Positions 28,927-40,033 of a stretch of DNA of 64,000 nucleotides are shown here, in pieces. The notes below the pieces were generated by a model. That model made no database searches. It was not told where the DNA came from and worked only from the letters and a program-made list of their open reading frames with translations. The translations under genes were made by a program, and so were the position numbers. The DNA is from a phage. Position 1 is the first letter of the stretch, and each line of letters begins with the position of its first letter. The stretch lies in NCBI GenBank assembly GCA_024613925.1, contig GCA_024613925.1_4713.1, one strand, 5' to 3'.

Positions 28927-29280
28927 CTAACAGCCTATTTCTGCATGAACCTTTAACGATTCGAATACATCTTCCTTCTTTATCATCGTCTTGTATAAAC
29001 GTGATTGAGCAATGATCTTTATCCATTGTTGCGGATCGCGTAAATTCACATTTTCAAAACGGGGTGGGGTATTAGCTCCGTCGAGTCGGATATACCCTAA
29101 GAGCAATCCTTCATGGTCTCCTCGACGGATTTCGATATGCGGTTTGAGGAAGACACGATTGTCTGGTGGATACCAGCTTACGGTGTAGTAATGGTTTCCT
29201 GAAACAACGAATTCGTGAACGGTTTTTGTCTCGTCATCAATGACCGCATTTACGCTGGGAATCATTAATTTTTGAAGCAT
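28927..29280 (-). CDS. hypothetical protein
   Basis: 117-aa ORF. Confidence 0.4.
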   Translation of the reverse strand: MLQKLMIPSVNAVIDDETKTVHEFVVSGNHYYTVSWYPPDNRVFLKPHIEIRRGDHEGLLLGYIRLDGANTPPRFENVNLRDPQQWIKIIAQSRLYKTMIKKEDVFESLKVHAEIGC

Positions 29281-29864
29281 GGGACATAAACCTCCATCAA
29301 CATCGCATAAAGCGCACCAAGCCCATGCAGGACTTGGTTAGGTGCAAAGGTCGGAGTGTAACATACTTGTTCGGTCGGTGCTTGTTGACGTAAGTCTAAC
29401 GGATCTCCGTTAATAAGCATCTGCAGGAGATCAGCATCATCTTGCAATGTGTCTTCATCGATATACGCATCAACACAAAGCAGTCGGTGTAACTGTTCTG
29501 GTTTAATTGAAATACCGACAACCATGCAGTTGTTGTAAGTGGCGTTGTCCAGAAAGAAGTGAATGACGCCCGCTTGAGGATCGCCACCGTAGTGAAGCCA
29601 ACGCGTAAAACCGGCCGACATCATCCATAGCGGGTTGTGTTGTAACGCGCTGACGACGCGGGTCTCGAAATCCAAACCAAACTTCTGGAAGATTGCACCC
29701 ATCTGGAAACGATCTTCATCGAGACGGTAGCGGAATATACAGGCATCCGAACCGGTTGAATTATCATACACCGAAAGATACCCACGATGGATTTCCACGG
29801 TAACATTGTTGTCGTCAAGCGTAGCGCTCGCAACGCCGTTAGAAAAGGTTGGAACAAAGCTCAT
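29265..29864 (-). CDS. hypothetical protein
   Basis: 199-aa ORF. Confidence 0.45.
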   Translation of the reverse strand: MSFVPTFSNGVASATLDDNNVTVEIHRGYLSVYDNSTGSDACIFRYRLDEDRFQMGAIFQKFGLDFETRVVSALQHNPLWMMSAGFTRWLHYGGDPQAGVIHFFLDNATYNNCMVVGISIKPEQLHRLLCVDAYIDEDTLQDDADLLQMLINGDPLDLRQQAPTEQVCYTPTFAPNQVLHGLGALYAMLMEVYVPCFKN

Positions 29865-30412
29865 CTTGTAATCCTTAATTTACCTGAATGAATTATCGTT
29901 GATGGGTCCACGACGCGACCGTATTTCGCGTTACGTAATACACGATGCCCAAAGAAGTCAGCGGTTTCCAAAACAACCGTATAACAACCCAGCTGGTGTT
30001 GGTGTCCCCAAAACCGTTCAATGGGGATCCAGCAGGGCGACATACCTTTGTGTCGCCAATCCGTAACACAGCCGAATTCAGCAAACTGTTCAGTAAACCA
30101 CTCGTCAATGTCGGTATCCGTAAAGAGAAACACGTGGTTTTTAACCAGATAAGCGAACCCAGGATAAAAAAGCTGAGGGTCATCCGGGTCACGTAGATAA
30201 ATACGAAGTTTGTCTAGCGTACCCTCGACAACGATTGTATCGGGTAATCCTGGCGGCGTGAACCGAAGTTGGAAGTTATCCTCGTTTGCCGAGGCGTTAA
30301 CCAAATACCCCAGTTGAAGGGGTCGATGCAGTTCGAAAAGGTTAAACGTTAATGCATATTCGATATACTCTAATCCTATATTCATGTCTGGCCTATGTGG
30401 TATGGTCGGCAC
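29861..30412 (-). CDS. hypothetical protein
   Basis: 183-aa ORF; ATGA-type overlap with next gene. Confidence 0.45.
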   Translation of the reverse strand: MPTIPHRPDMNIGLEYIEYALTFNLFELHRPLQLGYLVNASANEDNFQLRFTPPGLPDTIVVEGTLDKLRIYLRDPDDPQLFYPGFAYLVKNHVFLFTDTDIDEWFTEQFAEFGCVTDWRHKGMSPCWIPIERFWGHQHQLGCYTVVLETADFFGHRVLRNAKYGRVVDPSTIIHSGKLRITR

Positions 30413-30523
30413 TGCATTGCCTTCCGCGAGTGTAATCAGGAAGGTAATGTAGGTTTATTTTAATCTCCATTTCGCGATGATATGACAGTCTTTATTACGT
30501 TTACCATCTGAGGGAGCATGCTC

Positions 30524-31762
30524 ATGTCTTCTATTTTACAGGTGTTTAATGCGCATGCGGAAGGCATTGACATCGACGAGTATTTTGTTAATCAGGTTAT
30601 CCGTTACGCGACGCGCTTCCGTACGCAAGACCAAGAACATATGCGTTTTTTCGGTGGGGTTCTGTTAGGTGTACAAAAAATCCGATTCACAACAAGACAT
30701 AACGATATGTGGTTTTCCGACGTCTTGATGATGGATGAAGAAAGCTTACGGCGCGATTTGAGTAAACTGCCCTTTTACAATACGCAGACCAACCGTGTCG
30801 CCTCAAACGCCTTTAACCTAAGTTGCTGTTGGTTGCTTTATGCGATCTTCCACAGCAAACAAATCAAAAAAGAAAAGGTTCGTGAAGCCGGGATGCTTGC
30901 AGCAATGCAAGTCCTCCATTATAAATTTATTTGTGGTCTGGTAGCACGACGTTATCCTTATAACGCCGATCCGGCTATCGCCATTAAGGCGTACGATGAG
31001 TTAACACTCAAATCAGGCATCAAGCGCATGAATAGCTGGAATGAGTACATCGACGAACGCTGTAATGCCATCATTGCGCGTAATAGTACACATTTCAGTC
31101 GTTGGTCAACCCTGGAACCTGATAGCGTCGCCGAACGTTTTGTACGTGATGTGAATACCGGAATCCGTAAGGTTATCAACCGTATCACCGATACGTACTA
31201 TGCGATGTATGAAGAGGGTAAGAAGATAGGCACGTCCTCTCAAACTGTAGAGTTAGACGATGGTCTCGCTGTCCGCGATATTAAACGCAACGAAACCACT
31301 TATCGTCAATATCTGTTCGAAATCGCTTATGACCGAACAAGTTTCGTTAAACGTGAACTCATGGTCGTCATACTCGACGTGCATCATACGACCAATCTTT
31401 TATCCCTTGAGCGAGCGTTAAGCTATATCAGCGCTAACGTAGAACGACCGACAAGAGACGGAAAACAGGTCTCTCAGATGTTGCGGCTTGTAATGGAGCA
31501 TGCTATCGAGTATATCATCTTGAATAAGGTCGATATGCGCGATCTTACGTTCTTATTCTACATGCGTAACGTGTACACGTCTAACCGTACCAGCAACCCG
31601 AAACTGTTGGAACTGCGTAAAATTGGCTCTGAAGTCATTAAGAAAGCAACCAACGCGAGAAACGACGCTGAAGCTGCGGCGACGCGCACCGGTGTCTTTC
31701 TGTATATCCTGCTTCGTGTGTTTAGCCGTAACTATTACGTTCGACGTGCGATGTCACGTTAA
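30524..31762 (+). CDS. hypothetical protein
   Basis: Track start 30518; second ATG at 30524 has GAGGGAG at better spacing. Confidence 0.5.
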   Translation: MSSILQVFNAHAEGIDIDEYFVNQVIRYATRFRTQDQEHMRFFGGVLLGVQKIRFTTRHNDMWFSDVLMMDEESLRRDLSKLPFYNTQTNRVASNAFNLSCCWLLYAIFHSKQIKKEKVREAGMLAAMQVLHYKFICGLVARRYPYNADPAIAIKAYDELTLKSGIKRMNSWNEYIDERCNAIIARNSTHFSRWSTLEPDSVAERFVRDVNTGIRKVINRITDTYYAMYEEGKKIGTSSQTVELDDGLAVRDIKRNETTYRQYLFEIAYDRTSFVKRELMVVILDVHHTTNLLSLERALSYISANVERPTRDGKQVSQMLRLVMEHAIEYIILNKVDMRDLTFLFYMRNVYTSNRTSNPKLLELRKIGSEVIKKATNARNDAEAAATRTGVFLYILLRVFSRNYYVRRAMSR

Positions 31763-31914
31763 CAATGTAACGGTAAAACTTTACTGACGTTGGTTATTAT
31801 TTGAAGCATAGGGCTTCACCCAGGAGTACCATCCCTTTAAGTCGTTTGTCCTCTCCTGGTTAACTGTCGTTCTCTCACAGTGCTCGACAGACCAAAAATG
31901 CTCAGGCCTCATAG

Positions 31915-31943
31915 CCTCCTCTGGGAATGGAACCCAGAGGAGG
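31915..31943. terminator. strong hairpin CCTCCTCTGGG-AATGGAA-CCCAGAGGAGG between convergent genes
   Basis: 11-bp perfect inverted repeat. Confidence 0.45.
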
Positions 31944-31955
31944 ACTATGTTTGCC

Positions 31956-32264
31956 TTAAAATTCAATGCGACCTTTTGTCGTAAACAATACACCTCTTTG
32001 CCAACAGAAAAGATCCTCCGATTGAGCGCAAACACGAATACCCGCATCGAATAGATGTTTTGTTCTAGCGCTTAAACAATCAGGATCTTCTACATACAAC
32101 AGAAGACGTTGGCATTTATTTTGAATGCGTTCGACAAGGATATTCTTATCGCTTAAAATAAAGTGCGCGTTATCTGTTAAGTTATCGTCGGTTTCCAGCT
32201 GCTTGACGAGTTTGATTAAAATACGTAATTGCTCAAGTGTGTCATGATCAAGTGAATCACCCAT
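31956..32264 (-). CDS. hypothetical protein
   Basis: Track ORF 31956..32276 trimmed to ATG with GAGG 6 nt upstream. Confidence 0.35.
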   Translation of the reverse strand: MGDSLDHDTLEQLRILIKLVKQLETDDNLTDNAHFILSDKNILVERIQNKCQRLLLYVEDPDCLSARTKHLFDAGIRVCAQSEDLFCWQRGVLFTTKGRIEF

Positions 32265-32349
32265 GGCGTACCTCAACGTTATACGTCGTTTGTATTATAA
32301 TACGCTATCGTCTCCCCGCCTGTATTAACGGGGAGTCTGCAGACTACTC

Positions 32350-34581
32350 TTAGAAAAAACCGCCCGGACGGTATTGACCCATCGTCATCCACGCATTACG
32401 AGAAATATTCCGTTCATTCGAAGAGCGGCTTATTTGACGATAAGTATTCGCTCGTTCCTCCCTTGCTTTCGTGATCATCGCATCAATAGAAACAGCCGCT
32501 GAATCCTCCCCACGTATTTTTCCTTTATACGTAAGAAGCTCTGCCTCCAATCGATCCAAGATAAGGCCGTTGGTTTCGGTCTTAAGCAACTCATAGATTT
32601 CAGCAACGCGTTGACGTAGCTTCGCTTGCTGTTGGTTAAGATACGCTTCATACGGATCGATTTCACCCGTCACAGATGCTGGTAAACGACTCATGACTTT
32701 AAGCGGATCGATACCGTAATGAATCTGTTTCTTAGCACGCTTGATGAACCACATCGCTAACATCCATGCGAACGTCATGTCGTCGTGCATTCCATCCTGG
32801 TGGTCAACACGCCCATCTTTAATAACCAACCCAAGAATCTCTGAACACAACATCTTGTCGCGTAACTGCCCGCGGGTTTCTACAATACCTTCCATCAAGA
32901 TGTCGGAATACAACTCCATACGTTTGCGTGCATCCGTTGTGAAGCCCAAATGCCGTTTACGTTGAGCGTACCAACTTTCATCACGCATGCTCAATGGCAG
33001 TTTCAGGTCTTCGAACATCGCTGGGTTATCAGCATGTCTGTCCACAATCGTGTTGTATACACGTTTGAACACGTCGATGCCCGCTTGTCTCAGGAACTCT
33101 TCGATCGCGTCTAACAACATGATCGCACTGCTTTTACGTTCAGGAATCAACGTAACGTTCTTAAAACGCATCATGAAGTTGGCCATCCAACGAGCAAAAG
33201 AAAGCAGGCTCAGTTTATTAAAACGTCCTGTCGCGACAACTTCTGCTGTTTCCACATCCACCATCACCAAACCGATAGCGTCACGACCTATTGCGTCGCT
33301 GGTGTCTAGACCAGCAACCACCTTATTGTTCTGCATGTATGTCTCGATTTTACCTCGGGGTATATACCAGTTAATGCAGTAGCCTTCAGGTGAGATCTCG
33401 ATATGGTCGATTTCACGTTGTCCTGCCATGATCATCTCAACCATCTCAGCGGTTAACGGGCTTTCTGCTGAACCGTTGGTCCAGATGTTCATGTAGTCAC
33501 GGTCTTTCTGAAGTTTATCACCTTCCGTTTCGTTCATGGTTTTTGCTAACCATTCATCACTGAAGCCCAGCTGAGCATGGTTCCATTGTGCCCCGATCCT
33601 GACGGTCGCTTTGCTGAGCTCGCACGGTACGTTGTTCAATACCGTCTGATGCAGATGCTTTTCGTTACGGCAGTCAAAGAAACTTTCAGAGAACGGCGCT
33701 GAACGCATGAAAACTTCATAAGCCCATTTGCCTTCGCGTTTATCCAATTCACCTGCTGTTGTCGTATAGATGATACTTGTCAGGTCGCCGTTGCTTAATG
33801 CTTCATCGCGTGCCGCACCCATTGCACCGATACCAGCAGGAACAATGATTTCGATGTATTTCGTAAACGCGGTTTCGTCGCTATGGAATAGCGGGGTTGT
33901 TAGACCACGACCGATGTTTGTTGCTTGTTTCTTATCCGAACGTGGAATCTTTACCGATAACTTGTTCTTAAACCGCGTGTAGGTCACGTTCTCTTTGTTC
34001 GATGAATCCCGGCTATCCAGCGTCCAGAGATACGCAGGCAACAGATCGCGTATACTACGCACGTCTTCTACCGTTTTCGTACGGGCGTCACCGTCTTTTG
34101 TTAATTGAATAACCTCGGTGTTTCGACTACGAACATAGGTTAGATAACAGAACAACCCTAACATGGTCATGGATTTACCCGTCTGACGTATCTGTATCTG
34201 ATACCAGTTCGTTCGGGTAAATATCCCCCAGAGCATCGGAATGTTACCGCGGTTAGCACGGAATGAAATTTTGTTATCACCCGCTTTAGCCGGAACACGC
34301 ATCACTTCACGGAAGAAGTACCACGGATTAAGATAGCATTCCGCACTGATCATCTGAATCTGTTCTGACGTCAAATTCGGTGCGTGGGGATCGACACCAA
34401 TCAATCTTGGGTTTAATAACGCCATGAAAAACGCAGAGTTCCGGACACCGAATTCACGACGATACAAGATCGCTAAATCACGCCAACTTGTGTTTGTTGT
34501 TTCCCAATGTGGAACAGCCTGAGGAAAATAATCCCAATCTTCCTCAAACAGGATGATTTTCTTCGGATCGACAATCGACAT
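32350..34581 (-). CDS. terL: terminase large subunit (candidate)
   Basis: 743 aa; Walker A-like IRQTGKS and Walker B-like FHSDETAF resembling T4 gp17 SRQLGKT / YIDECAF (recalled); Asp-rich C-terminal half consistent with a nuclease domain. Confidence 0.55.
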   Translation of the reverse strand: MSIVDPKKIILFEEDWDYFPQAVPHWETTNTSWRDLAILYRREFGVRNSAFFMALLNPRLIGVDPHAPNLTSEQIQMISAECYLNPWYFFREVMRVPAKAGDNKISFRANRGNIPMLWGIFTRTNWYQIQIRQTGKSMTMLGLFCYLTYVRSRNTEVIQLTKDGDARTKTVEDVRSIRDLLPAYLWTLDSRDSSNKENVTYTRFKNKLSVKIPRSDKKQATNIGRGLTTPLFHSDETAFTKYIEIIVPAGIGAMGAARDEALSNGDLTSIIYTTTAGELDKREGKWAYEVFMRSAPFSESFFDCRNEKHLHQTVLNNVPCELSKATVRIGAQWNHAQLGFSDEWLAKTMNETEGDKLQKDRDYMNIWTNGSAESPLTAEMVEMIMAGQREIDHIEISPEGYCINWYIPRGKIETYMQNNKVVAGLDTSDAIGRDAIGLVMVDVETAEVVATGRFNKLSLLSFARWMANFMMRFKNVTLIPERKSSAIMLLDAIEEFLRQAGIDVFKRVYNTIVDRHADNPAMFEDLKLPLSMRDESWYAQRKRHLGFTTDARKRMELYSDILMEGIVETRGQLRDKMLCSEILGLVIKDGRVDHQDGMHDDMTFAWMLAMWFIKRAKKQIHYGIDPLKVMSRLPASVTGEIDPYEAYLNQQQAKLRQRVAEIYELLKTETNGLILDRLEAELLTYKGKIRGEDSAAVSIDAMITKAREERANTYRQISRSSNERNISRNAWMTMGQYRPGGFF

Positions 34582-34631
34582 ATAAACTCCTCCGATGGAG
34601 GGTGCTCGGCACCCTCCATCGTTGTATTACC

Positions 34632-36371
34632 TTATGCGACTTTACTAATAACGACTGCTGTGATACCGAGATGTAGGTCGACGCCATTCTGTACTTTAAC
34701 CCAGCGGATATACAGGTTAGCGTTATCCTGTCCCGTACCACCTGGGACGTTATTGTTCCTATTCCACTGCGAGATTTCGAAACGTTTCTGCACGTTAGGA
34801 CCAACCATGATTTCAAAGTGGGTCGGTTCTGGTGCTTTCGATTCCGTTTTCTCAAGATAGAGCGGATGTATCGGGTAGTAAAGCTGCTTCAACCATTCAC
34901 CCAGATCTGAGTGTTTGTTCGTCAAGTCAACATACGCGTTACCAGCAACATCGTAAGTAAACAACGCTTTCGTGTTACGACCGTACACATCCGTTGTCGT
35001 CGGCGTTGTTTGCGAGCTGAACGTTACTGTCCAGTAGTCACCGGATGTTGCCGAACCTGCTTGCAGTAGCGTCATTCGAATAGTCTGCGTATGACGTACG
35101 CGTTTGTAAACAGTAGGATCGACTTCATCTAACCAGATGTTGTACGCAAATTCCTGAGGTTGTCCGTATTTCTTCGGATTAAACTCAGGGCTGTTCAGCG
35201 CTAATTGTACTTTATCGGTTACGTTGTAGTATCGTTCACGGTCAACGTTATACAACCAGAACACCAGCTCGTATCCCACTGCATCAGATACCCATTGTGG
35301 ATAGCAGAACAGTTTAACACTGTAAGCCCCTTTCGCTTCTTTAGAAACGACGGTATAAGGTACGCTGATGTGTTTCACTGCGCCAGGTAACGCGTAGGAT
35401 GTGTCCTCATCATCATCCAGGTAGTAGTGTAACGCCAGCGGATGTTTGCTGTTGATGACCTGGGACGTGAAGACGTTAAGGCCGTCCAACACAACCTTGT
35501 TGCCAGTAACCGGCCAATGTTTAATGGAGCCGTCGCTGTAGGTGACTTCAGCCTGAAGGTCAACGGAATCCAGGTTGACGTTAATCGGCAACTCAAGCAG
35601 TTTGGTATCGCTGCTGCTCAGCCACGTTGATTTCAGTCGTACCCCGTCTTCCAGAATATATTTAATACCCTGATCTGGTGTGCGTACATAGTCGGTGATA
35701 CGAACAATCATACGTTTCATGGATAGCGGCTGTGGACCATCGCCATAACCTACTACCATCACCTGCTCAAAATCTTCGACGGGCTTAATGCAGTAACCTT
35801 CACGGGGTGCCCAGATGGCTTTATTTGTTCCGTCTTTGTAAGCGATAAGCTGACACGGAATGAAATCGCTGATCTTATTCCCGCTGTTATCATACATCGC
35901 ACTGATGATTTCGCCTTTAGCGCTGATGTCGGAACCGCGGAACACTGCGATACGTCGAATATCCGAGCCATGCAGATGGAAACGACGATCGATATTCATC
36001 GTAGCTGGGATCGTGTTCGTATTAATCAATACGCGCCACGTATCGTACGACCATGTCGGATCAATACCTTCGAAGGTTGTCGTCCCATCGTCCTGACCAT
36101 CGAACGGAGCAGAAAGCTGACCGATAAGTTTAAGGGTACTTAGTTTAGTGCGATCGTCTACGGCGATAACACGGTATACTGCGTTGGTATCCCAGTCTTC
36201 AACTTTATCGTCCACGTTGGGGACGTAAAGTTTCCAGTCTTCTTCAACGCCATTATAGATCTCTTTATACGCATAGGTGGTATAGCGTCTGTCGAGATCC
36301 TGAATAGCGAGTTTATCCGGATGCTGTTGTGCATAAAGCACCGGATTGGTAATCTCTCTTCCCATTATCAC
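34632..36371 (-). CDS. hypothetical protein (probable virion/morphogenesis protein)
   Basis: 579-aa ORF immediately upstream of terminase candidate. Confidence 0.5.
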   Translation of the reverse strand: MIMGREITNPVLYAQQHPDKLAIQDLDRRYTTYAYKEIYNGVEEDWKLYVPNVDDKVEDWDTNAVYRVIAVDDRTKLSTLKLIGQLSAPFDGQDDGTTTFEGIDPTWSYDTWRVLINTNTIPATMNIDRRFHLHGSDIRRIAVFRGSDISAKGEIISAMYDNSGNKISDFIPCQLIAYKDGTNKAIWAPREGYCIKPVEDFEQVMVVGYGDGPQPLSMKRMIVRITDYVRTPDQGIKYILEDGVRLKSTWLSSSDTKLLELPINVNLDSVDLQAEVTYSDGSIKHWPVTGNKVVLDGLNVFTSQVINSKHPLALHYYLDDDEDTSYALPGAVKHISVPYTVVSKEAKGAYSVKLFCYPQWVSDAVGYELVFWLYNVDRERYYNVTDKVQLALNSPEFNPKKYGQPQEFAYNIWLDEVDPTVYKRVRHTQTIRMTLLQAGSATSGDYWTVTFSSQTTPTTTDVYGRNTKALFTYDVAGNAYVDLTNKHSDLGEWLKQLYYPIHPLYLEKTESKAPEPTHFEIMVGPNVQKRFEISQWNRNNNVPGGTGQDNANLYIRWVKVQNGVDLHLGITAVVISKVA

Positions 36372-38962
36372 TCACCTTTGATTGTGTAAAACTTCGTGAA
36401 GTCCACGCGATCTTTCAAGAACTCACGACTGACGCGTTCTAAGAACCGCAGTTGTTTAACCGTAACTTCAAGCGGCGTCCAACTGTCGTGTGGATGAATA
36501 GAGACCATCCGCCAATCGTAATTACGTAACGCAGGATCGTAGTCATAGAACCATTTATACGGCTCCATGAAATCCATCAGTTTAACGTCCTGCATATCGG
36601 GATCGGGATCGATAACACCGTTGATAAGATCGTACGTTACCGCCATCAACGTTGGGCTGATAAGCTGGTATTTGTTTTCAATCGTTACCGGCGTATCATA
36701 CTTCACACGAGGGAAATACAAGGACATATAGTCTTCAACGCGTTTATCGGTTTCAAGACTTTTGTCGCGTAGATAATACGTGTCTGTGTTCACGAGACCA
36801 CGGATAGGGGCAATAACATGGTAAATCGCATAAGGCACCCCATCGTTGACTTTGATGTCGGCAGGGTATTGCGTGTCCTCTGCGGTAACCACTTCGCTAC
36901 GATCGTAAATACGTCCACCAACCACAATACGAACAACATGGTCATCACGAACATTGAACACGTCGTCGTAAGAAAGCTGATTATGCATCGTCCAACCGGT
37001 ATCGTAAACGGTTTCGCCGGTTAAGTCCGTACGTGGAAAACCGGTGCATCTCACGGTAACCGTGTGTGTGTTCCCTTCACTGAAATACCGTTTCGCGTTG
37101 ATTACGATCGTTGGCCATTTTACGATATAATCAATATCGCGTACCAAGCTGTAGCTTTTGGTTGCTCGCTCGTCACCTAACCATACTTCGATTTGACCGG
37201 GTTCGAAAGGCAGCGGATATTCAACATCAATACCCGTCGTAACATCCAACCATACGGTATGGTTACGATGTTGTATTGTGGTCTTATACGCTAAGAAGTA
37301 GGTGTCGAACAATACTAAACCGGTTTGCTTTCTTCCATCCAACGACCATTTTATTACCCCGTTCTCTTCCGTTACCACAGAAGCATCGTCGGTAACATCC
37401 TTCCATGTGTTCGCAACAGGTTGTCCGTTACGAAGGTTTACGCTATAACAGCGGTAACTCGCCCATTCACGGATTGGGACGTCGGCAACACCCATCACGT
37501 AATCAAGCGTTCTTCCACCAACACCCGATCGACCCTCAACATAGGACGTGGTTTCATATTGCGGATAAAAATGCCGACCTGCCGGATGTTGCGTGATACC
37601 CAATAATAGACCATCACTGTCGTACTCGAAGAACGTCGCATTTGCACGCAAACCCCATGGTACTTCAGCGGTAGGTGTACCCATATCGTCAGTAACGCGT
37701 TGTGGACTATCTGCAACCAGTTTTGCCATCGCGTTATACCCGTAAGCGGAGGTCACCATGTCGATCGTGATATTGCTTTCCTTATTACGCATGATGCGCG
37801 TATAATCACTGGCTTCAAGGGTACGTGCAAAGAACTCAGGTATATTAGCGTTCTGTTCTAACATCGCACCGACGATGACGTCGTCTGGAAGTTTATACAA
37901 CTCGTGGATGCGGTTATGTTCAAAGGTTAACTGCGTTTTCAAACCGCTATCACGGACAACCACTTCCAGGGTTAAATCACGAAGCGATTCTGCCCCATCA
38001 ACCCGTTCAACGAAGTAGCTGACATAATCAACAGGAATCCCGTAATCACGATGTGTGAGCATGCGGATACTATTTTCCTGGTTGGTATGGTAATAACGTC
38101 CTTTTCCGTTAGGCCCTTTCACGTAGATATCAACGTCATCACGATACCGGATCTTGGTATCCACTTCATCTTTCGGTGGATGAATAAGGTACTTGACTTT
38201 TTTGTCCAGATCGCTGTTGTACGTTTTAAGATCTTCTACACGGAAGCTGTACCGATGAACAACCGTACCGTCATAGACGACCTGAATGCTATCGCCGATC
38301 TTAAAACTTGACGGTGGGATGTCTTCAACCGCCTCGCCGTTGATACTGCAGTGCGTCCAGCCGATACCGGTTTCCTGGATCTTTTTACGCCAGGCGTATA
38401 GCTGACGCTGCCACTGTAGAACCTGCGTTGAACTGGTTACAATCCCCCCAAGGACATGCACTTCACGCCCCGTCGGTTTCGTGTATGATGGATAGCCTTC
38501 TGCGAAGTCAGCATTGAGATAAGTGCGCCAGTAATAATCACCAACGCCAAGGTCAGCGATATTCGGCTGGTCTAGCACACAGACCAGCATCGTTTCGTTT
38601 TCCAGATTACCCGTCCACGTTAATGTCAACGGGAATTCTTTACCGTCCTCGGTATAGATGTTGTAATACGATCCCTTCACCTCACAGAACTTGCTGAGTT
38701 CTCGCCACCACAACCGCCCAGCCCCGACATTAAAATCCTCTCCCATATGTCGTCCAATAACAAACACATGGAACGTATTCGTATCGTCAGGAAGATTGAA
38801 TGTACGATGCCAAGCCGTAAAGTTTTTTACTGCGCCGGTCTTTCCGGTAATACGACGCATCTTGATACGATGCTGGTTGTCCATTAATGGACGGCAGTTC
38901 ACATTCAGCGCAGCATGATTTATCAAGTATTGCGCTGTAGGATTAGAAGCGTTCAACACCAC
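36368..38962 (-). CDS. hypothetical large protein (possible portal or other structural protein)
   Basis: 864-aa ORF in terminase-proximal block; no motif recognised. Confidence 0.5.
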   Translation of the reverse strand: MVLNASNPTAQYLINHAALNVNCRPLMDNQHRIKMRRITGKTGAVKNFTAWHRTFNLPDDTNTFHVFVIGRHMGEDFNVGAGRLWWRELSKFCEVKGSYYNIYTEDGKEFPLTLTWTGNLENETMLVCVLDQPNIADLGVGDYYWRTYLNADFAEGYPSYTKPTGREVHVLGGIVTSSTQVLQWQRQLYAWRKKIQETGIGWTHCSINGEAVEDIPPSSFKIGDSIQVVYDGTVVHRYSFRVEDLKTYNSDLDKKVKYLIHPPKDEVDTKIRYRDDVDIYVKGPNGKGRYYHTNQENSIRMLTHRDYGIPVDYVSYFVERVDGAESLRDLTLEVVVRDSGLKTQLTFEHNRIHELYKLPDDVIVGAMLEQNANIPEFFARTLEASDYTRIMRNKESNITIDMVTSAYGYNAMAKLVADSPQRVTDDMGTPTAEVPWGLRANATFFEYDSDGLLLGITQHPAGRHFYPQYETTSYVEGRSGVGGRTLDYVMGVADVPIREWASYRCYSVNLRNGQPVANTWKDVTDDASVVTEENGVIKWSLDGRKQTGLVLFDTYFLAYKTTIQHRNHTVWLDVTTGIDVEYPLPFEPGQIEVWLGDERATKSYSLVRDIDYIVKWPTIVINAKRYFSEGNTHTVTVRCTGFPRTDLTGETVYDTGWTMHNQLSYDDVFNVRDDHVVRIVVGGRIYDRSEVVTAEDTQYPADIKVNDGVPYAIYHVIAPIRGLVNTDTYYLRDKSLETDKRVEDYMSLYFPRVKYDTPVTIENKYQLISPTLMAVTYDLINGVIDPDPDMQDVKLMDFMEPYKWFYDYDPALRNYDWRMVSIHPHDSWTPLEVTVKQLRFLERVSREFLKDRVDFTKFYTIKGE

Positions 38963-39890
38963 GGCATGCCTCCAGGAGGTATTTCATGTTGGCTTGGAAA
39001 TCATTGACGTCACGCGCCATACGACGCTGATCCGCCATGAGACGAGCCAACACGGTATCACGGTAACCACGATCGTGGTCGGCAGCAGAGCATAAAAGAA
39101 TAAATGTTGGTGGATGCTCTAAAGCAATCCCAGCAACTTCTTTACTATAACCCCCAACCCAACTGTAAGCGGTGATTTCAAACAACAACGCCTGGGTTAA
39201 CGTGTTCAAACGGGGACTAATATTACTTTCTTTTAATGCTGTTACGAAAGCTGCCATGTTAGGGATATAACCCAGGTTTTCGGTTACGATACCGATGCTC
39301 GCAAAATCGTAACGAAGCGTTGTCTGGATGGTGCGCACCATAGTTAGTCTTTCATTATTTGTAAGGCTATCTTTAAACAAGCAAAGATAATACCATGCTG
39401 TTATGATGGCAACATCACGACGTTGTTGAAGGTCCAGCCCTAAACGTTGTGTGATTTGTCCGCTAATCCAATCACAAAAGACACGCATCGGGATAGGGCC
39501 AAGACGTTCAAAAGGACGTGTGCCCAAGGATTCCCATCCTACCTGAAGATACGCACGTGATTGAAGAAAGTTATATTCACGTTCGTTAACAACGGTAGTA
39601 CGCGATCCTGGGCGTGAAGTATCTGTTGGGGTGCGTGCGTAAGCGCGTTGGTCGATAACAACGCGCTGTCCGTCCATCACTGTTTTAATGACCAACGGAT
39701 GGCCGAAAGAAGGGATATCGTCCAACGTATTTTTGTTGCCGATGACTTCGAGAACGGGAGTGTTTACGCCACTTTCTTCACCGGGTGCACTTAACAATCC
39801 GCCGACGTAAGCAACTTCGATAGCGGTTCGGATACGGTCAATGCCTTTTAGTTTTGTTCCAACAGTTGTGTCGTAAGGAGAGATGAACAT
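38943..39890 (-). CDS. hypothetical protein
   Basis: 315-aa ORF; TTATATGCCG ~20 nt upstream of ATG. Confidence 0.45.
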   Translation of the reverse strand: MFISPYDTTVGTKLKGIDRIRTAIEVAYVGGLLSAPGEESGVNTPVLEVIGNKNTLDDIPSFGHPLVIKTVMDGQRVVIDQRAYARTPTDTSRPGSRTTVVNEREYNFLQSRAYLQVGWESLGTRPFERLGPIPMRVFCDWISGQITQRLGLDLQQRRDVAIITAWYYLCLFKDSLTNNERLTMVRTIQTTLRYDFASIGIVTENLGYIPNMAAFVTALKESNISPRLNTLTQALLFEITAYSWVGGYSKEVAGIALEHPPTFILLCSAADHDRGYRDTVLARLMADQRRMARDVNDFQANMKYLLEACRGVERF

Positions 39891-40033
39891 ATGTAATTCC
39901 TTTATTACGGCATATAAGAAAACGGGTTAAGCACACAGATTTACGCATAATTGTAATATTTTACGTTATGCCTATGACATTGTGTCACGTGTGCAATTAT
40001 GTCATACAATTTCCTTAAATTAAGGAGAGTTCC

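Noticed and set aside
31781-32047. 88-aa minus-strand ORF
   Set aside because: Spans the 11-bp bidirectional terminator hairpin at ~31915..31943 and overlaps a better-supported neighbouring ORF
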